Assembly: GCA_965204735.1 (NCBI GenBank)
Contig: OZ242008.1
Location: 544,001-608,000 of the forward strand
Source of the DNA: Longimicrobiales bacterium
Lineage (GTDB): Bacteria > Gemmatimonadota > Gemmatimonadetes > Longimicrobiales > Gaopeijiaceae
Direction of reading: 5' to 3'
DNA: 64,000 nucleotides
Positions 47,092 through 56,700 of the stretch are shown one piece after another. The position numbers were made by a program, and so were the translations under genes. Each line of letters opens with the position of its first letter. The stretch's first letter is position 1. Below the pieces are notes generated by a model. It saw only the letters and a list, made by a program, of their open reading frames with translations. It did not search any database and was not told the origin of the DNA.

Positions 47092-47352
47092 TCAGCGACC
47101 CGTTCGGGCGTGGAAGAGCGCGGCGGTGACCACGTACAGGTAGCCGCCGTACACGACGGTCCACACGCCCCAGTCCAGGTTCCCCGGCCCAGCCGGCCAC
47201 TCGACGACCAGGCCGACGCTCCCGCCGATCAGGAACACGCCCATGAGGACGAGGGAAACGACCGGGACGCGATAGCCCGCCCGCTGGCCGTCCAGGACCA
47301 GCTCGCCGTCGCCGTCCAGCTCGCCGTCGCCGCCTGCCGACCCGCCCGTCAC
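47092..47352 (-). CDS. Small two-TM protein (possible symporter accessory subunit)
   Basis: GTGA overlap with the dipeptidase stop. VVSLVLMGVFLIGGSVGLVV...VWTVVYGGYLYVVTAALF. Confidence 0.65.
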   Translation of the reverse strand: MTGGSAGGDGELDGDGELVLDGQRAGYRVPVVSLVLMGVFLIGGSVGLVVEWPAGPGNLDWGVWTVVYGGYLYVVTAALFHARTGR

Positions 47353-48572
47353 TGCCACACCTCGTCCAGCACGCGCAGGATGTTGCCGCCCAGCGCCTTC
47401 GCGATGTCCTCCTCGCCGTACCGGTGCTTCACCAGCCAGCGAAGGATGTTCTTCGACGCCTCGGTGGGGTTCTCGACGCCCCGCACGTACTCCACCGGCA
47501 CGTGTCGCGGGGACCCGTCGCCCGACCCGCCGCCCGCCTGCGTCTCGTCGATGGAGAGCGCCTCGGCGTAAACCTTGTGCAGCGCCACGTGGTCGCCGTA
47601 GAGCGTGTCCGGACCGAACGCCACGTGGTCGATCCCCACCAAGTCCTTCACGTACTCGAAGTGCTCCATGAACGACTCGATGTCGTGCCGAGGACGTCGC
47701 TCGGTCACGGTCGTGTGGGGCGCCGCCTCGATTCCGATCACGCCGCCATTCTCCGCCACCGCCTTGATCACGTCGTCGGGCGCGAGCCGCCGGATCTTCC
47801 ACAGCCCTCGGGCGCCGGTGTGGGTCAGGAAGATCGGGTGCCGGCTGGCTTCGGCCACGTCCAGCGTCGTCTGGTCGCTGGAGTGGGCGCAGTCGATCGC
47901 CATCCCGACCTCGTTCATCCGCGCGACCGCCTTTCGTCCGAACGAGGTCAGCCCCCCGTCCCGCGCTTCCTTGAGCCCGGTGCCCAGCGCGTTCGACTCG
48001 CTGTAGGTGATCCCAAGCACCCGCAACCCGATTCCGTAGAGGATCTCGATCCGGTCGAGTTCGTTCTCGACCATTGCCGCGCCCTCCTGCGCCGCAACCA
48101 GCGCGATCCGCCCCTCCCGGTGCGCGCGGTGGATGTCCGCCGTCGTCTCGCACTTGATCAGGAAGTCCTGGTGCGCCAGGTCGCAGAGGCGCATCCCCAT
48201 GTCGTAGATCACGTCGTCCCACTTCCAGCCGCTCTTCGACGTGATGCACGCCGCCCCGTCCAGGAAGTTGTCGAACACGCAGTCCCAGTAGGAGTCGGCC
48301 AGCGCCTCGTACGCGGTGTGGACGCGCCCCTCCGAGTCGTAGCGCCGAATCTGCCCCGGATCCGCCGGAAACAGGTGGGGATGCTCGTGAAGGGAGATCA
48401 TCACGAGCCGGTCGGCCAACTCCAGCACGCGCTCCTCTTCTTCCTGCGCAAGAGGGACCAGATGCGGCTCGAAGGGGGATTCGCCCTCGATCAGCTCGTA
48501 GTCGCCGAAGTCCCGCGTCTCCTTCAGGTAGTCGAACGAACGGTATCCCGAGTACTGCTTGTCGAGGCCCAT
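47349..48572 (-). CDS. Membrane dipeptidase family (peptidase M19)
   Basis: SLHEH, QEGA, GLTSFGRKAVARMNEVGMAIDCAH, THTGAR, GIDHVAFGPD, GGNILRV. Confidence 0.9.
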   Translation of the reverse strand: MGLDKQYSGYRSFDYLKETRDFGDYELIEGESPFEPHLVPLAQEEEERVLELADRLVMISLHEHPHLFPADPGQIRRYDSEGRVHTAYEALADSYWDCVFDNFLDGAACITSKSGWKWDDVIYDMGMRLCDLAHQDFLIKCETTADIHRAHREGRIALVAAQEGAAMVENELDRIEILYGIGLRVLGITYSESNALGTGLKEARDGGLTSFGRKAVARMNEVGMAIDCAHSSDQTTLDVAEASRHPIFLTHTGARGLWKIRRLAPDDVIKAVAENGGVIGIEAAPHTTVTERRPRHDIESFMEHFEYVKDLVGIDHVAFGPDTLYGDHVALHKVYAEALSIDETQAGGGSGDGSPRHVPVEYVRGVENPTEASKNILRWLVKHRYGEEDIAKALGGNILRVLDEVWQ

Positions 48573-48899
48573 GGGGCGTCGGCTCCTTGCCGGGGGTGGA
48601 CGTTGGCGCTGGGGAGCGGATGTTGGGGATGTCGAGAACGTGGATCGACTCGACGCCGGAGCCGGGAACGGCGGAGACGGGCGCCGGCGTGTGCGAAGGG
48701 TCCAGGCAATAGATCGCTGGGACGTTCCCGCCACAACCCGCCGAGAGCCGGGACTACCCCTGGTCCCCGTCTGTTTCCGGGGCGTGCCCCCCAAGTGCTC
48801 GCGGGCGCGCCTCGGCATCGACGTGCCGTGGCCGGTCGTCTTGGGTGCCCCAGCAAGCGCTCGCGGGCGCGCCCCCCAAGCGCTCGTTAGCTTCCCGGA

Positions 48900-49808
48900 A
48901 TGACGGAAACCGCCCTCGCCTCCAACGCCGCCTTCCTCGCCGACAACGTCTTTGCCGCCAAGTCCGTCGTCGCGACGCTGGTCCTGGGGGTTCTTTGGCT
49001 GCTGGAAGGGCTCGTTCCCATGTTCGAGGGCCGTCGCGAGCGCGCCCGGCACGGCGCCGCCAACGTGGTGCTGGGCGTGGGCAACGCCGCCGTCGCGGCC
49101 TTGGTCTTCGCAGGCGCCACCCTGGTCGCGACCGAGTGGGCCCGGGCCGGCTCCTTCGGCGTCCTCCACTGGCTGGGCGTGGCCGGCGTCTGGGGCTACG
49201 CCGCCGGCTTCGTCCTGCTGGACCTCTGGCAGTACCTCTGGCACCGCCTGAACCACCGCGTCCCGTTCCTCTGGCGCTTCCACGCCGTGCATCATGCGGA
49301 CCGGGAGATGGACGCCACCTCCGGTCTCCGCTTCCACACCGGCGAGATCGTGTTGTCGTCCGCAGCCCGGCTGGCCGTCCTGCCCCTTCTGGGAATGACT
49401 GTCGCGCAAGTGCTGGTCTACGAGGCGGCGCTGCTTCCGGTCGTCTTCTTTCACCACAGCAACGTCCGACTTTCGGCGCACGCCGACCGTTCCCTGCGCT
49501 GGCTCGTAGTCACCCCCTGGATGCACTGGGTGCACCACTCCAACCATCAACCCGAAACCGACTCCAACTACTCCAGCGTGTTCTCGTTCTGGGACCGGCT
49601 CTTCGGCAGCTTCCGACTGGTCGGCGACCCCCGGCGGCTCACCCTGGGCCTGGACCACCCCGACCGCCGCGAGTGGGCCACGTTGCCCGGAATGCTGGCG
49701 ATGCCCTTCCGCAGGGGAGGACGCCGGCGGCCTGCTCAGCAAAGGAGAAGCGGCGAGCCGAGTCCGGAGCGGCCCTTGCGCGCAACCAGCAAGGCCGAAG
49801 AGCAGTGA
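48900..49808 (+). CDS. Sterol desaturase/fatty acid hydroxylase family protein
   Basis: His boxes WHRLNH, FHAVHH, FHH, HWVHH; NYS...WDRLFGS. Confidence 0.9.
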   Translation: MTETALASNAAFLADNVFAAKSVVATLVLGVLWLLEGLVPMFEGRRERARHGAANVVLGVGNAAVAALVFAGATLVATEWARAGSFGVLHWLGVAGVWGYAAGFVLLDLWQYLWHRLNHRVPFLWRFHAVHHADREMDATSGLRFHTGEIVLSSAARLAVLPLLGMTVAQVLVYEAALLPVVFFHHSNVRLSAHADRSLRWLVVTPWMHWVHHSNHQPETDSNYSSVFSFWDRLFGSFRLVGDPRRLTLGLDHPDRREWATLPGMLAMPFRRGGRRRPAQQRRSGEPSPERPLRATSKAEEQ

Positions 49809-50908
49809 AGGAAGTCCGCGTCTTCGCGCCGGCCACCGTCTCCAACATCGGCTGCGGCTACGACGTCTTCGGCATGGCGCTGAAGGGACCGGGCGACGTG
49901 GTGTCGGCGCGCATTGCGGAAGGGAAGGGGGTCGTCTCGGTTTCGGTGTCCGGCGACGGCGGACGCGTGCCGGCGGACCCGGCTCGGAACTGCGCGGCGG
50001 TGGCGGCCCAGGCGGTGATGGACCGGCTCGCAGGTGGACGTGGGACGGCGCCGCCTTCCGCTCCGCCCGGCGCCCCCCGGGTCGGCGTGGCTCTGGAAGT
50101 GCGCAAGGGGCTTCCCCTGGCGTCGGGACTGGGCGGGAGCGCGGCCAGCGCAGTCGCCGGGGCCGTGGCGGCGGACGCGCTCCTGGGCGGTGGACTCGAC
50201 CGAACGGCCCTTCTCGAATGCGCCATGACCGGCGAGCGGCATGGCTCGGGGGCTACCCACGCCGACAACGTCGCGCCGGCGCTGGCCGGGGGGTTCGTCC
50301 TGGTGCCGCCCGGCGAGCCCCTTCGGATCGTCCAGCTGCCGACGCCGGCCGAACTCGTGGCCGCGGTCGTGCGTCCGCACATGGAAGTGGAGACGGCGAA
50401 GGCCCGTGCGCTGCTGGGCGACGCAATAGCCCTGTCGGCCGGCATCCGGCAGTGGGGGAACGCGGCGGGTCTCGTGGCCGGACTGTACGCGGAGGACTGG
50501 GAGCTGCTGGGCCGCTGCATCGAGGACGCGGTGGCGGAGCCTGCCAGGGCGCAGCTGGTTCCCGGATTCGAGACGGCGAAGCGACGCGCGCTGGAGGCCG
50601 GCGCGGTGGGCGCAGGTCTGTCTGGTTCCGGGCCTTCCGTATTCGCCTTCTGCAGGGGACGGTCGGCCGCCCGAAAAGCGGCTGGAGCCATGGCCGACGC
50701 CTTCCGCGACGAAGCAGGCGTCGACGCGGACGTGATCGTCTCGCCGCCGAGCCCGGTGGGTGCGAGGGTGCTGGGAACCGCCGCTCGCTCCGGCACCCTG
50801 TCCGGAGCCGCGCCGGCGGCCGGGGACGCATCCGCCGAGCTGCCGTCCGCCGGCGCCGCGAGCGCCGGGGCGCCGTCCGCCAGCGCGGGAGCGGTCGCAG
50901 GCGGGTGA
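49805..50908 (+). CDS. thrB: Homoserine kinase
   Basis: APATVSNIGCGYD, PLASGLGGSAAS, HADNVAP, SGSGPS. Confidence 0.93.
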   Translation: MKEVRVFAPATVSNIGCGYDVFGMALKGPGDVVSARIAEGKGVVSVSVSGDGGRVPADPARNCAAVAAQAVMDRLAGGRGTAPPSAPPGAPRVGVALEVRKGLPLASGLGGSAASAVAGAVAADALLGGGLDRTALLECAMTGERHGSGATHADNVAPALAGGFVLVPPGEPLRIVQLPTPAELVAAVVRPHMEVETAKARALLGDAIALSAGIRQWGNAAGLVAGLYAEDWELLGRCIEDAVAEPARAQLVPGFETAKRRALEAGAVGAGLSGSGPSVFAFCRGRSAARKAAGAMADAFRDEAGVDADVIVSPPSPVGARVLGTAARSGTLSGAAPAAGDASAELPSAGAASAGAPSASAGAVAGG

Positions 50909-52401
50909 GGCTGACCAGCACGGGCGCCCGGCTGCACCGGTCCGGCGCGAATCCTGCCGAAGCCGGCTCCGCCCCGCCACCTCGCGCGCGTGGACTTTCC
51001 CGTCGCCGGGCCGCGGCGGACCGGGCGTTTGGCCCCGCCACCTCGCGTGGGTGGACCTTCCAAGACGCGCTCTTCCTGGGCCAAGCTCCCGACGGCGGCC
51101 TGTTCGTTCCCGAGCAGCTGGCCCCGCTGCCGCGCGACCAGCTGCGCGCAATGGCCGGAAAGTCCTTCGCCGAGCGGTCGTTGGTCGTCGCCAGCCACCT
51201 CCTTGCCGACGAGATCGCCGAGAACGTCCTGCGCCAAGTCGTCCACGACGCCCTGGACTTTCCGGTTCCCCTGCGGCCCCTGGAACCCGGCGTCCACGTG
51301 CTGGAGCTCTTCCACGGCCCGACCTGCGCCTTCAAGGACGTGGGGGCCCGCTTCATGGCCCGCATGATGTCGGCGCTTCGCCCCGACGCCGACGCCCCGC
51401 TCACGGTCCTGGCCGCCACCTCCGGCGACACGGGCGGCGCCGTGGCCCACGCGTTCCACGGCTTGCCGGGCGCGCGCGTGGTCGTCCTCTACCCCCGGGG
51501 CAGGGTGAGTCCTCGCCAGGAGGCCCAGTTCGCCACCCTCGGCGGCAACGTCGCGGCGGTGGCCGTTCGAGGCGCCTTCGACGACTGCCAGCGACTTGCC
51601 CGGGAGGCCTTCGCCGACCGAACCCTTTGCGCGGCCCACGGACTGACTTCGGCCAACTCCATCAACGTCGGCCGCCTCCTGCCGCAGGTCTTCTACTACG
51701 TGCACGGCTGGGCGGAGCTGGCGACGGGCGAAGCAATGGCCGAACGGGAGCTGGTCGTCTCCGTCCCTTCCGGCAACTTCGGCAACTTGACCGCCGGAGT
51801 CGTGGCCCGGGCGCTGGGCGTGCCGATCTCGCGCTTCGTCGCCGCCACCAATGCCAACTCCGTGGTGCCCGACTACCTGGCGACCGGCGGCTTCCGGCCT
51901 CGCCCGTCCGTGGCCACCCTCTCGAACGCCATGGACGTGGGGGACCCAAGCAACTTCCGCCGCATCCGCCACGCCTTCGGCGGCAACCTGCACGCGATCC
52001 GGACCGTCCTCGCAGGCTCCGCGTGGACGGACGACCAGACCCGGGAGTGCATTCGGGAGCTGTGGCGCGACCAGGCGGTGGCGATCGACCCCCACACCGC
52101 CGTGGGCCTGCTGGGGCTGCGGCAGGAGCTGGCGCGACGCGAAGCGGCCCAGCGGGATGGGGTCCCGCCCGACCCGCCCGGAGCTTTGCCGGGGAGGCGT
52201 TCCAACTCGCGTGGCGCCGCGGGAATCGTTCTGAGCACCGCTCATCCCGCGAAGTTCGCCGAAGTCGTCGAGCCGTTGACGGGACAGCCGGTTCCGGTCC
52301 CGGCCGGGCTGGCGCGGGCGATGGAGCTGCCGCGCCGCTCGGTTGTCGTCGAGCCGAAGCTGGGCGCGCTGATCGAGGTGCTGGAGTCCAGCGGCCCGTA
52401 G
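50905..52401 (+). CDS. thrC: Threonine synthase
   Basis: GQAPDGGLFVP, ELFHGPTCAFKD, ATSGDTG, SANSIN, PSGNFGN, DPHTA, TAHPAKF. Confidence 0.94.
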   Translation: MRLTSTGARLHRSGANPAEAGSAPPPRARGLSRRRAAADRAFGPATSRGWTFQDALFLGQAPDGGLFVPEQLAPLPRDQLRAMAGKSFAERSLVVASHLLADEIAENVLRQVVHDALDFPVPLRPLEPGVHVLELFHGPTCAFKDVGARFMARMMSALRPDADAPLTVLAATSGDTGGAVAHAFHGLPGARVVVLYPRGRVSPRQEAQFATLGGNVAAVAVRGAFDDCQRLAREAFADRTLCAAHGLTSANSINVGRLLPQVFYYVHGWAELATGEAMAERELVVSVPSGNFGNLTAGVVARALGVPISRFVAATNANSVVPDYLATGGFRPRPSVATLSNAMDVGDPSNFRRIRHAFGGNLHAIRTVLAGSAWTDDQTRECIRELWRDQAVAIDPHTAVGLLGLRQELARREAAQRDGVPPDPPGALPGRRSNSRGAAGIVLSTAHPAKFAEVVEPLTGQPVPVPAGLARAMELPRRSVVVEPKLGALIEVLESSGP

Positions 52402-52531
52402 CCTCTTCCGGCAGCAGGCGGCTTCGCCAACCGGCGTCGAACGGCGTGCGCAGGGGTTGAACTCCGGCCCTGATTCGTGATCTTGCAAGCCCCCGAATCA
52501 CTCCCACGGCCCCCACAAGGAGTGTCCGAAA

Positions 52532-53584
52532 ATGGCAGAGTTCGCAGCGAACGTGGTCCGAGTCGGGATCGAGGAGCATCCCAACGCGGACGCCCTGGAG
52601 ATCGGCAAGGTCAACGAGGTGACCGTGATCGTCGCCAAGGGGAAGTACCGAACCGGCGACCTGGCCGCCTACATCCCCGAGGCGGCGATCGTCCCCGACG
52701 ACGTGCTCGAGCTGCTGGGTCTGGTCGGCAAGCTGGCGGGCAAGAAGAAGAACCGGGTCAAGGCGATCAAGCTGCGCGGCGTCGTGTCCGGCGGACTGCT
52801 TCACCCCCTCGGCGTCGGCCGGCTGGAGGGCGCGGAGCTGGCCGAGGGCGACGACGTGACGGAGCTCCTGGGCCTCGTCAAGTACGAGCCGCCGATCCCC
52901 GTGAGCATGGGCGGGCAGGTCTTCGCCGCCCACGGCGCGACGGTCAAGTACGACATCGACAGCGTCCTTCGCTACCCCGAGCTCCTTCCCCGCGAGACGC
53001 CGGTGGTCGTCACGGAGAAGCTCCACGGGACTTGGTGCTGCATGGGCTGGCACCCGGAGTTCGGCGAGATCGTGAGCTCGAAGGGGGTGAGCGCCCGCGG
53101 ACTGGCGTTCCGCCTCGCGGAGGAGAACGCCGGCAACCTGTACGTCCGCGCCTTCCGCGCCCACGAGGAGTGGCTGCTCTCCGTCCTGGGGCGCCACCGA
53201 GAGACGGGGACGCCGTACTACGTCTTGGGCGAGGTCTTCGGCCGCGGCGTGCAGGACCTCCACTACGGCCTGCCCAACCCGGGCTTCCGCGTCTTCGACG
53301 TGCGCGTCGGCCCCCGCTACCTGCCCTGGCCGGAGGTGGAGGCGCTGGCGACGGCCCACGACGGTCCCGGCGTAGTTCCCGTCTTGGGCGTCGTGGAGGA
53401 TTGGCCAGCGGCGGAGAAGCACGTGTCCGGCGCCACGACCTTCGGCGGCGCGCACATCCGAGAGGGCATCGTCATGCGTCCGCGGGACGCGTCCTGGAGC
53501 CTGGGCGACCCGGTGGAACGTCCCATCGCCAAGTGGGTCAGCGACGCCTACCGCGTGAGGAAGGGCGGCACCGACTTCAACTAA
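52532..53584 (+). CDS. RNA ligase, DRB0094 family (N-terminal OB-like domain plus nucleotidyltransferase)
   Basis: HPNADALE, YIPE, LRGVVSGG, motif I TEKLHGT, GEVFG, FDV, REGIV, AKWVSDAY. AAGGAG RBS. Confidence 0.88.
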   Translation: MAEFAANVVRVGIEEHPNADALEIGKVNEVTVIVAKGKYRTGDLAAYIPEAAIVPDDVLELLGLVGKLAGKKKNRVKAIKLRGVVSGGLLHPLGVGRLEGAELAEGDDVTELLGLVKYEPPIPVSMGGQVFAAHGATVKYDIDSVLRYPELLPRETPVVVTEKLHGTWCCMGWHPEFGEIVSSKGVSARGLAFRLAEENAGNLYVRAFRAHEEWLLSVLGRHRETGTPYYVLGEVFGRGVQDLHYGLPNPGFRVFDVRVGPRYLPWPEVEALATAHDGPGVVPVLGVVEDWPAAEKHVSGATTFGGAHIREGIVMRPRDASWSLGDPVERPIAKWVSDAYRVRKGGTDFN

Positions 53585-53733
53585 CTTAGCTCAGCTCGGA
53601 CGGACGGGTTCCAGCCGGAGAGATTGTCCGGTGGTAGCGGTCAGCCAAAAGCAACAGTACTCTTCAAGGGCGAGAGTGCTCTGCAGGGGACGACAGCTGG
53701 GAGATCAGCGGGCGAGTGTTCCAGTCCAAGACG

Positions 53734-56700
53734 ATGAGGGCAGCAGTCCCGGGTGTTCGGGACTCGGTGTGCGGTGGCAAGGCGTGGACTGGTGTCGTCA
53801 CCTTCGTATTGCTGGTGTTGATCGGCGCGGCGCCTTCGAGCCGAGCTGAAGCCCACTTCGACGGCGACGGTGTGAGCATTCCGGCGAACGGGCTGAAGCT
53901 GAACGGTGCGGCGGTCAAGGCGAGGAACGGCCCCGCGCTTGACGCGAACCCTGCCCACGGCGCGGCGGAGGGCGGCGCGTCGCGCAAGGTGGACGGCAGC
54001 GGGCACCGGCCGGATGCCGACGGGGACCCGGAGGCAGTGGACGCGGCAAGCAGCGAAACGCCGTCGATTGACGACGTTGGAGACTTTGACGCCGAGCGGG
54101 AAGTGCTTTCGGAAGACGCATCGGCGGTCTTGATGCATCAAGACGTTGATGCGGAGGGCGGCCTGGCAACGGAACCGGTGGTTGGCGCCCAGTCGTCGGC
54201 GCTGACGGTGCAGCGGTTCAACTTCCGCGGCTTGGCGGCCGGCGACAGCACGTACTATCGAGACGAAGTAGTGCGGGTGCGCGTGTTCTTCACGCAACAC
54301 GTCACGGTGAACACGTCGGGCGGCGAGCCGTACCTGGACCTGACGGTGGGCTCGACGACTCGGCGGGCCGACTACGGCTCCTCGCGGCAGAACTACCTGG
54401 ACTTCCGGTACCGGGTGCAGGCGGACGACTTCGACGGCGACGGTGTGAGCGTTCCGGCGAACGGGTTGAAGCTGAACGGCGCGACGGTGATCGCGAGGAA
54501 CAACCCAGCGGTGGTCGCGGACCCTGCGCACGGCGTGGCGGAGGGCGGCTTGTCGCGCAAGGTGGACGGCAGCCAGTTCCGGCCGCCGGGGCTGGCGGTG
54601 GATCGGATCGACTTCCGGAGTGCGCCGGAGGGCGACAGCACGTACTACCGGGACGAGATCGTGCGAGTGCGTGTGTTCTTCACGCAGCAGATCGCGGTGG
54701 ACGCGTCGGGCGGGCTGCCGTCGGTGGACCTGACGGTGGGCACGGAGACGCGGCGTGCGGTGATGGGTTCCAGGAGCTGGAACCAGCACCGGCTGGAGCT
54801 TCGGTACGTGGTACAGGCGGGCGATTTCGACGGCGACGGCGTGAGCGTTCAGGCGAACAGCTTGTCGCTGAACGGGGCGGTGGTGACGGCGCAGGGCGAC
54901 GCTTCGGTCGTGGCGGAGACGGGGCATGGGGCGGTGGAGGGGGGCGCGTCGCAGAAGGTGGACGGCAGCCAGTACCGGCCGCAGGGGCCGACGCTGTCGG
55001 GGGAGGGGGCGAGCGTGGCGGAGGGCGGAGCGGGCGCGGAGACGGACCTCGGGTTCGCTGTGCGTCTAGCGCCGGCGGCTGCGTCTCGAGTGACGGTGGA
55101 GTACGCCGATGCGGGGAGCGGGACGGCGACGTCGGGGGTGGACTACGCGGCGATCGAGGGGGGGACGCTGACGTTCGAGCCGGGCGACACGCTGAAGACG
55201 GTGTGGGTGAAGGTGCGGGGCGACGACGAGGTGGAGGGCGACGAGACGGTGGTGCTGTCGTTGAGCGGCGCGACCGGCGCGGAGCTGGCGACTTCGACGG
55301 TCAGGGGCACGATCGTGAACGACGACGAGGCGGCGCCGGTGCTGACGGTGCAGCGGTTCAACTTCCGCGGCCTGGGAGCCAGCGACAGCACGTACTATCT
55401 GAACGAAGTGGTGCGTGTGCGAGTGTTCTTTACGGAGCATGTGACGGTGGACACGTCGGGTGGCGAGCCGTACCTGGACCTGACGGTGGGCTCGACGACT
55501 CGGCGGGCCGCATACAACTCTTCGCGGCAGAACTACCTGGGCTTCAGCTACCGGGTTCAGGCGGACGACTTCGACGGCGACGGTGTGAGCGTTCCGGCGA
55601 ACGGGCTGAAGCTGAACGGCGCGACGGTGACGGCGAGGAACAACCCAGCGGTGGTCGCGGACCCTGCGCACGGGGTGGCGGAGGGCGGCTTGTCGCGCAA
55701 GGTGGACGGCAGCCAGCTCCGGCCGCAGGGGCCGACGCTCTCTGCGGGGGGGACGAGCGTGGTAGAAGGCGACTCGGGTGCGGAGACGGACCTCGAGTTC
55801 GCGGTGCGACTGGCGCCGCCGGCGGCGTCTCGTGTGACGGTCGACTACGCCGATGCGGGGAGCGGGACGGCGACGTCGGGCGTGGACTACGCGGCGATCG
55901 GGAGCGGGACGCTGACGTTCGAGCCGGGCGACACGCTGCAGACAGTGAGCGTGACGGTGCGGGGCGACGACGAGGTGGAGGACGACGAGACGGTGGTGCT
56001 GTCGTTGAGCGGCGCGACCGGCGCGGAGCTGGCGACTTCGACGGTCAGGGGCACGATCGTGGACGACGACGAGGCGGCGCCGGCGCTGACGGTGCAGCGG
56101 TTCAACTTCCGCGGCCTGGGGGCTGCTGACAGCACGTACTATCTGAACGAAGTGGTGCGTGTGCGCGTGTTCTTCACGGAGCATGTGACGGTGGACACGT
56201 CGGGCGGCGAGCCGTACCTGGACCTGACGGTGGGTTCGACGACTCGGCGGGCCGCATACAACTCCTCGCGGCAGAACTACCTGGGCTTCAGCTACCGGGT
56301 TCAGGCGGACGACTTCGACGGTGACGGCGTGAGCGTTCCGGCGAACGGGCTGAAGCTGAACGGCGCGACGGTGACGGCGAGGAACAACCCAGCGGTGGTC
56401 GCGGACCCTGCGCACGGGGTGGCGGAGGGCGGCTTGTCGCGCAAGGTGGACGGCAGCCAGCTCCGGCCGCAGGGGCCGACGCTCTCTGCGGGCGGGACGA
56501 GCGTGGTCGAGGGCGACTCGGGTGCGGAGACGGACCTCGAGTTCGCGGTGCGACTGGCGCCGGCGGCGGCGTCTCGTGTGACGGTCGACTACGCCGATGC
56601 GGGGAGCGGGACGGCGACATCGGGGGTGGACTACGCGGCGATCGGGAGCGGGACGCTGACGTTCGAGCCGGGCGACACGCTGAAGACGGTGAGCGTGACG

